From Eledone cirrhosa (Eukaryota), in contig OZ024743.1 of assembly GCA_964016885.1 (NCBI GenBank), positions 180,730,001 to 180,794,000 on the forward strand: DNA of 64,000 nt, read 5' to 3'. Below the pieces are notes generated by a model. The model did no database searches, was not told where the DNA came from, and was given only the letters and a program-made list of their open reading frames with translations. Shown here piece after piece: positions 59,701-64,000 of this stretch (position 1 is its first letter; every line of letters begins with the position of its first letter). The position numbers and the translations under genes are program-made.

Positions 59701-62700
59701 AGTTGTAGTTGGTGGTGTTGATAGTGGTGGTGTTGTTGTAGTTGTTGTTGTTGGTGGTGGTGTTGTAGTTGTAGTTGTTGTTGTTGGTGGTGTTGTAGCT
59801 GTAGTTGTTGTTGTTGGTGGTGGTGTTGTTGTAGTTGTTGTTGGTGCTGCTGGTGTTGTTGTAGTTGTTGTTGGTGGCTGTGTTGTAGTTGTAGTTGTTG
59901 TTGGTGGTGGTGTTGTTGTTGTAGTTGTTGTTGGTGGTGGTCGTGGTGTTGTTGTTGTAGTTGTTGTAGATGGTGGTGTTGTAGTTGTAGTTGTTGTTGG
60001 TGGTGGTGTTGTAGTTGTAGTTGTTGTTGGTGGTGTTGTTGTTGTAGTTGTTGTTGGTGGCGGTGGTGGTGTTGTTGTTGTAGTTGTAGTTGTTGTTGGT
60101 GGTGGTGGTGTTGTTGTAGTTGTTGGTGGCGGTGGTGTTGTTGTTGTAGTTGTAGTTGTTTTTGGTGGTGGTGTTGTTGTAGTTGTTGTTGTTGGTGGTG
60201 GTGGTGTTGTTGTAGTTGTTGTTGGTGGTGGTGTTGTAGTTGTAGTTGTTGTTGGAGGTGGCGTTGTAGTTGTTGTTGTTGGTGGTGGTGTTGTAGTTGT
60301 TGTTGGTGGTGGTGGTGTTGTTGTAGTTGTTGTTGGTGGTGGTGTTGTAGTTGTAGTTGTTGTTGTTGGTGGTGGTGTTGTTGTAGTTGTTGTTGGTGGT
60401 GGTGGTGGCGTTGTTGTTGTAGTTGTTGGTGGTGGTGGTAGTTTTGTTGTTGTAGTTGTTGTTGGTGGTGGTGTTGTTGTTGTAGTTGTTGTTGGTGGCG
60501 GTGTTGTTGTTGTAGTTATTGTTGGTGGTGGTGTTGCTGTTGTAGTTGTTGTTGTTGTTGGTGGTGGCGTTGTTGTTGTAGTTGTTGGTGGTGGTGGTGT
60601 TGTTGTTGTAGTTGTTGTTGGTGTTGTAGTTGTAGTTGTTGTTGGTGGCGGTGTTGCTGTTGTAGTTGTTGTTGTTGGTGGTGGTGGTGTTGTTGTTGTA
60701 GTTGTTGTTGGTGGTGGTGTTGTTGTTGTAGTTGTTGTTGGTGGCGTTGTTGTTGTTGTAGTTGTTGTTGGTGGTGGTGGTGTTGTTGTAGTTGTTGTTG
60801 TGGTGGTGGTGTTGTTGTAGTTGTTGTTGGTGGTGGTGTTGTTGTCGTAGTTGTTGTTGGTGGTGGTGTTGTTGTTGTAGTTGTTGGTGGTGGTGGTGGT
60901 GTTGTAGTTGTAGTTGTTGGTGGTGGTGGTGGTGTTGTAGTTGTAGTTGTTGTTGGTGGTGGTGTTGTAGTTGTTGTAGTTGTTGTTGGTGGTGTTGTTG
61001 TTGTAGTTGTTGTTGTTGGTGGTGGTGTTGTAGTTGTAGTTGGTGGTGGTGTTGTTGTTGTAGTTGTAGTTGTTGTTGTAGGTGGTGTTGTTGTTGTAGT
61101 TGTTGTTGTTGGTGGTGGTGTTGTTGTAGTTGTTGTTGGTGGCGTTGTTGTAGTTGTAGTTGTTGTTGGTGGTGGTGTTGTTGTTGTTGTAGTTGTTGTT
61201 GGTGGTGGTGGTGGTGTTGTAGTTGTAGTTGTTGTTGGTGGTGGTGGTGTTGTAGTTGTAGTTGTTGTTGGTGGTGGTGTTGTAGTTGTAGTTGTTGTTG
61301 TAGGTGGTGTTGTTGTTGTAGTTGTTGTTGTTGGTGGTGATGTTGTTGTTGTAGTTGTTGTTGGTGGTGGTGGTGTTGTTGTAGTTGTTGTTGGTGGCGT
61401 TGTTGTAGTTGTAGTTGTTGTTGGTGGTGGTGTTGTTGTTGTTGTAGTTGTTGTTGGTGGTGGTGGTGTTGTTGTAGTTGTTGTTGTTGGTGGTGTTGTA
61501 GCTGTAGTTGTTGTTGGTGGTGGTGTTGTAGTTGTAGTTGTTGTTGGTGGTGGTGGTGTTGTAGTTGTTGTTGGTGGTGGTGTTGTAGCTGTAGTTGTTG
61601 TTGGTGGTGGTGTTGTAGTTGTAGTTGTTGTTGTAGGTTGTGTTGTTGTTGTTGTAGTTGTTGTTGTTGTTGGTGGTGTTGTAGTTGTTGTTGTTGTTGG
61701 TGGTGGTGGTGTTGTTGTAGTTGTTGTTGGTGCTGGTGGTGTTGTTGTAGTTGTTGTTGTTGGCGGTGTTGTAGTTGTAGTTGTTGTTGGTGGTGGTGTT
61801 GTTGTTGTAGTTGTTGTTGGTGGCAGTGGTGGTGTTGTTGTTGTTGTTGGTGGTGGTGTTGTAGTTGTAGTTGTTGTTGGTGGTGGTGTTGTTGTTGTAG
61901 TTGTAGTTGTTGTTGTAAGTGGTGTTGTTGTTGTAGTTGTTGTTGTTGGTGGTGGTGGTGTTGTAGTTGTAGTTGTTGGTGGTGGTGGTGTTGTTGTTGT
62001 TGTAGTTGTTGTTGGTGGTGGTGGTGTTGTTGTAGTTGTTGTTGTTGGTGGTGGTGTTGTTGTAGTTGTTGGTGGTGTTGTAGTTGTAGTTGTTGTTGTT
62101 GGTGGTGGTTGTGTTGTTGTAGTTGTTGTTGTTGGTGGTGGTGTTGTAGTCGTAGTTGTTGTTGTTGGGGGTGGTGTTGTAGTTGTAGTTGTTGGTGGTG
62201 GTGGTGTTGTAGTTGTAGTTGTTGTTGGTGGCGGTGTTGTTGTTGTAGTTGTTGTTGGTGGTGGTGGTGGTGTTGTTGTTGTAGTTGTTGTTGGTGCTGG
62301 TGGTGTTGTTGTAGTTGTTGTTGGTGCTGGTGGTGTTGTTGTAGTTGTTGTTGGTGGTGGTGTTGTTGTTGTAGTTGTTGTTGGTGGTGGTGGTTTTGTT
62401 GTTGTAGTTGTTGTTGGTGGTGGTGTTGTAGTTGTAGTTGTTGTTGGTGGTGGTGTTGTTGTTGTAGTTGTTGTTGGTGGTGGTGGTGGTTTTGTTGTTG
62501 TAGTTGTTGTTGGTGGTGGTGTTGTAGTTGTAGTTGTTGTTGGTGGTGGTGTTGTAGTTGTAGTTGTTGTTGGTGGTGGTGTTGTTGTTGTAGTTGTTGT
62601 TGGTGGTGGTGGTGGTTTTGTTGTTGTAGTTGTTGTTGGTGGTGGTGTTGTAGTTGTAGTTGTTGTTGGTGGCGGTGTTGTAGTTGTAGTTGTTGTTGGT

Positions 62701-64000
62701 GGTGGTGTTGTTGTTGTAGTTGTTGTTGGTGGTGGTGGTGGTTTTGTTGTTGTAGTTGTTGTTGGTGGTGGTGTTGTAGTTGTAGTTGTTGTTGGTGGTG
62801 GTGTTGTAGTTGTAGTTGTTGTTGGTGGTGGTGTTGTTGTTGTAGTTGTTGTTGGTGGCAGTGGTGGTGTTGTTGTTGTAGTTGTAGTTGTTGTTGGTGG
62901 TGGTGGTGTTGTTGTAGTTGTTGGTGGCGGTGGTGTTGTTGTTGTAGTTGTAGTTGTTGTTGGTGGTGTTGTAGTTGTAGTTGTTGTTGGTGGTGGTGTT
63001 GTAGTTGTAGTTGTTGTTGGTGGTGGTGTTGTAGTTGTAGTTGTTGTTGGTGGTGGTGTTGTTGGTGTTGTTGTTGTTGTTGTTGTTGTTGTAGTTGTAG
63101 TTATTGTTGGTGGTGGTGTTGTAGTTGTAGTTGTTGGTGGTGGTGTTGTAGTTGTAGTTGTTGTTGGTGGTGGTGTTGTTGTTGTTGTTGTTGGTGGTGG
63201 TGTTGTTGTTGTTGTAGTTGTAGTTGTTGTTGGTGGCGGTGTTGTAGTTGTAGTTGTTGTTGATGGCGGTGTTGTTGTTGTAGTTGTTGTTGGTGGTGGT
63301 GGTGGTGTTGTAGTTGTAGTTGTAGTTGTTGTTGGTGGTGGTGTTGTAGTTGTAGTTGTTGTTGGTGGTGGTGTTGTTGTTGTAGTTGTTGTTGGTGGCA
63401 GTGGTGGTGTTGTTGTTGTAGTTGTAGTTGTTGTTGGTGGTGGTGTTGTTGTAGTTGTTGGTGGCGGAGGTGTTGTTGTTGTAGTTGTAGTTGTTGTTGG
63501 TGGTGTTGTAGTTGTAGTTGTTGTTGGTGGTGGTGTTGTAGTTGTAGTTGTTGTTGGTGGTGTTCTTGTTGTCGTAGTTTTAGTTGTTGTTGGTGTTGTA
63601 GTTGTAGTTGTTGTTGGTGGTGGTGTTGTAGTTGTAGTTGTTGTTGGTGTTGTAGTTGTAGTTGTTGTTGGTGGTGGTGTTGTAGTTGTTGTTGGTGGTG
63701 GTGTTGTTGTAGTTGTTGTTGGTGGCGGTGTTGTAGTTGTAGTTGTTGTTGGTGGTGTTGTTGTTGTTGTAGTTGTAGTTGTTGGTGTTGAAGTTGTTGT
63801 TGGTGGTGGTGGTGTTGTTGTAGTTGTTGTTGGTGGCGGTGTTGTAGTTGTAGTTGTTGTTGGTGGTGTTGTTGTTGTTGTAGTTGTTGTTGGTGTTGTA
63901 GTTGTAGTTGTTGCTGGTGGTGGTGTTGTTGTTGTAGTTGTTGTTGGTGGTGGTGTTGTAGTTGTTGTTGGTGGTGGTGGTGTAGTTGTAGTTGGTGGTG
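2196..64000 (-). CDS. Giant Thr/Pro-rich mucin-like PTS region, 3' part of gene (5' end outside window); register interrupted by 15 one-base deletions and 2 TAA codons as assembled
   Basis: The minus strand reads ACA/ACT/CCA codons giving T(4-10)P(2-5) units throughout. The commonest variants are synonymous third-position changes (ACT/ACG/ACC, CCG/CCT/CCC); the others are mostly mucin-typical Ala, Ser, Ile, Leu. The register continues through non-repetitive Thr-rich sequence to STITTTPITTVGKTISKRFNS* (TAA 2196-2198). No start codon, signal peptide or Cys-rich domain is visible in the window, and expression is unproven. Confidence 0.6.
2480..3700 (-). repeat. Ser/Pro-rich terminal sub-array, ~57-72 nt unit encoding ~PPPPPSSTAPPPSSPSTTLST
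   Basis: GAT-rich triplets. The marker GATAGTG recurs ~15 times (2533, 2596, 2728, 2821, 2890, 2956, 3019, 3082, 3177, 3240, 3309, 3381, 3450, 3522, 3543). GTA is essentially absent here, unlike the rest of the array. Confidence 0.85.
7100..20640. repeat. Higher-order tandem duplication, period ~6.7-6.9 kb, with a partial third copy at ~3.7-6.3 kb
   Basis: Rare markers recur: GGTGATGTA 7297/14162; GTTATTGGTGGTGGTAGT 3720/8314/15179; GCTGATGGT 5085/9730/16427; GTTACAGTT 5280/9928/16625; GCAGTCGTA 11032/17723; GTTACTGGT 11202/17893; GTTTATGGT 12294/18985. ORF-track entries 10713/17404 and 11042/17733 have the same offset (6691). Confidence 0.9.
22380..24430. repeat. 1023 bp tandem duplication
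   Basis: GGAGGTGTTGCTGTTGAAGTT at 22451/23474 and GGTTGTGGTGTTGTAGTCGTA at 23297/24320; both offsets are 1023. Confidence 0.85.
26700..41350. repeat. Mosaic higher-order repeats of ~1.7-3.0 kb
   Basis: GTTGAAGTT with GAA at 26789/29201/30941; GTTCTTGTAGTTGTATGTGGT at ~24740/28712/32864/35639; paired GTTAGTGGT at ~27398, 29786, 31550, 34871, 37634, 40675. ORF-track entries 28075 and 32227 are near-identical (offset 4152). Confidence 0.85.
41280..64000. repeat. ~14.6-15.4 kb super-repeat (41.3-56.7 kb repeated from ~56.7 kb onward, truncated by the window edge)
   Basis: Frameshift trio 41362/44181/46193 recurs at 56809/59049/60800. GTACTTGTT ~44198/59066; GTTGATAGTGGT ~45221/59717; GTAAGTGGT ~47302/61915. 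ORF-track pair 47031/61638 has offset 14607. Confidence 0.85.
48150..56790. repeat. ~4.3-4.4 kb tandem duplication; a further copy begins at ~63.4 kb
   Basis: CTTGTTGTCGTAGTTTTAGTT at 48337/52651/63565; GTAATTGTAGTTGGT at ~50455/54844; GTAGATGTTGGT at ~50857/55243; GGCGGAGGT at 52549/63463. Confidence 0.85.

Larger units (their letters stand above)
2260..64000. repeat. ~61.7 kb trinucleotide-based tandem array (GTT/GTA/GGT), basic unit ~24-33 nt, e.g. GGTGGTGGTGTTGTAGTTGTAGTTGTTGTT
   Basis: Directly visible. The plus strand is almost entirely G and T, A occurs mostly in GTA, and C is very rare. The array extends past the right edge. Confidence 0.99.

Noticed and set aside
6241-63263. Numerous Cys/Trp-rich plus-strand ORFs resembling metallothionein or keratin-associated proteins
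   Set aside because: They are the TGT/TGG/AGT phase of the same triplet array, with arbitrary TTG starts and stops at variant triplets.
2260-64000. Telomeric repeat or CRISPR array
   Set aside because: No TTAGGG/TTAGG or other fixed telomerase-type unit, and no constant repeat with unique spacers. Variation is in whole triplets.

Overview
Eukaryotic (animal) genomic DNA. The SINE fragments resemble octopus/cephalopod SINEs as I recall them; this was not verified by a search. Bases 1-~2.2 kb are AT-rich unique sequence carrying two tRNA-derived SINE remnants, a small TIR-bounded MITE and microsatellites. From ~2.26 kb to the window end (~61.8 kb) there is one continuous array of GTT/GTA/GGT triplets. 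On the minus strand it reads ACA/ACT/CCA = (Thr)n(Pro)n, a giant mucin-type PTS region of ~20,600 codons. It runs into a short unique tail (...TPPPPTTTSTITTTPITTVGKTISKRFNS*, TAA at 2196-2198), and its 5' end lies beyond the window. The supplied ORF track misses this reading because the minus strand has almost no start codons; the long Val/Gly and Cys/Trp plus-strand ORFs are most likely its antisense shadow. The array is hierarchical: 3 nt, then 24-33 nt units, then 1-7 kb higher-order repeats, then a ~15 kb super-repeat. The Thr/Pro register is broken by 15 single-base deletions, 13 of them in two recurrent sequence families, and by two duplicated TAA codons. All three minus-strand frames are nearly stop-free, so the deletions switch the product between T/P, Q/H/L and N/T/Y blocks rather than truncating it. 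Whether this is an intact giant mucin exon with consensus errors, a decaying coding satellite or a frame-switching block polymer cannot be settled from sequence alone. All coordinates and counts were read by eye.
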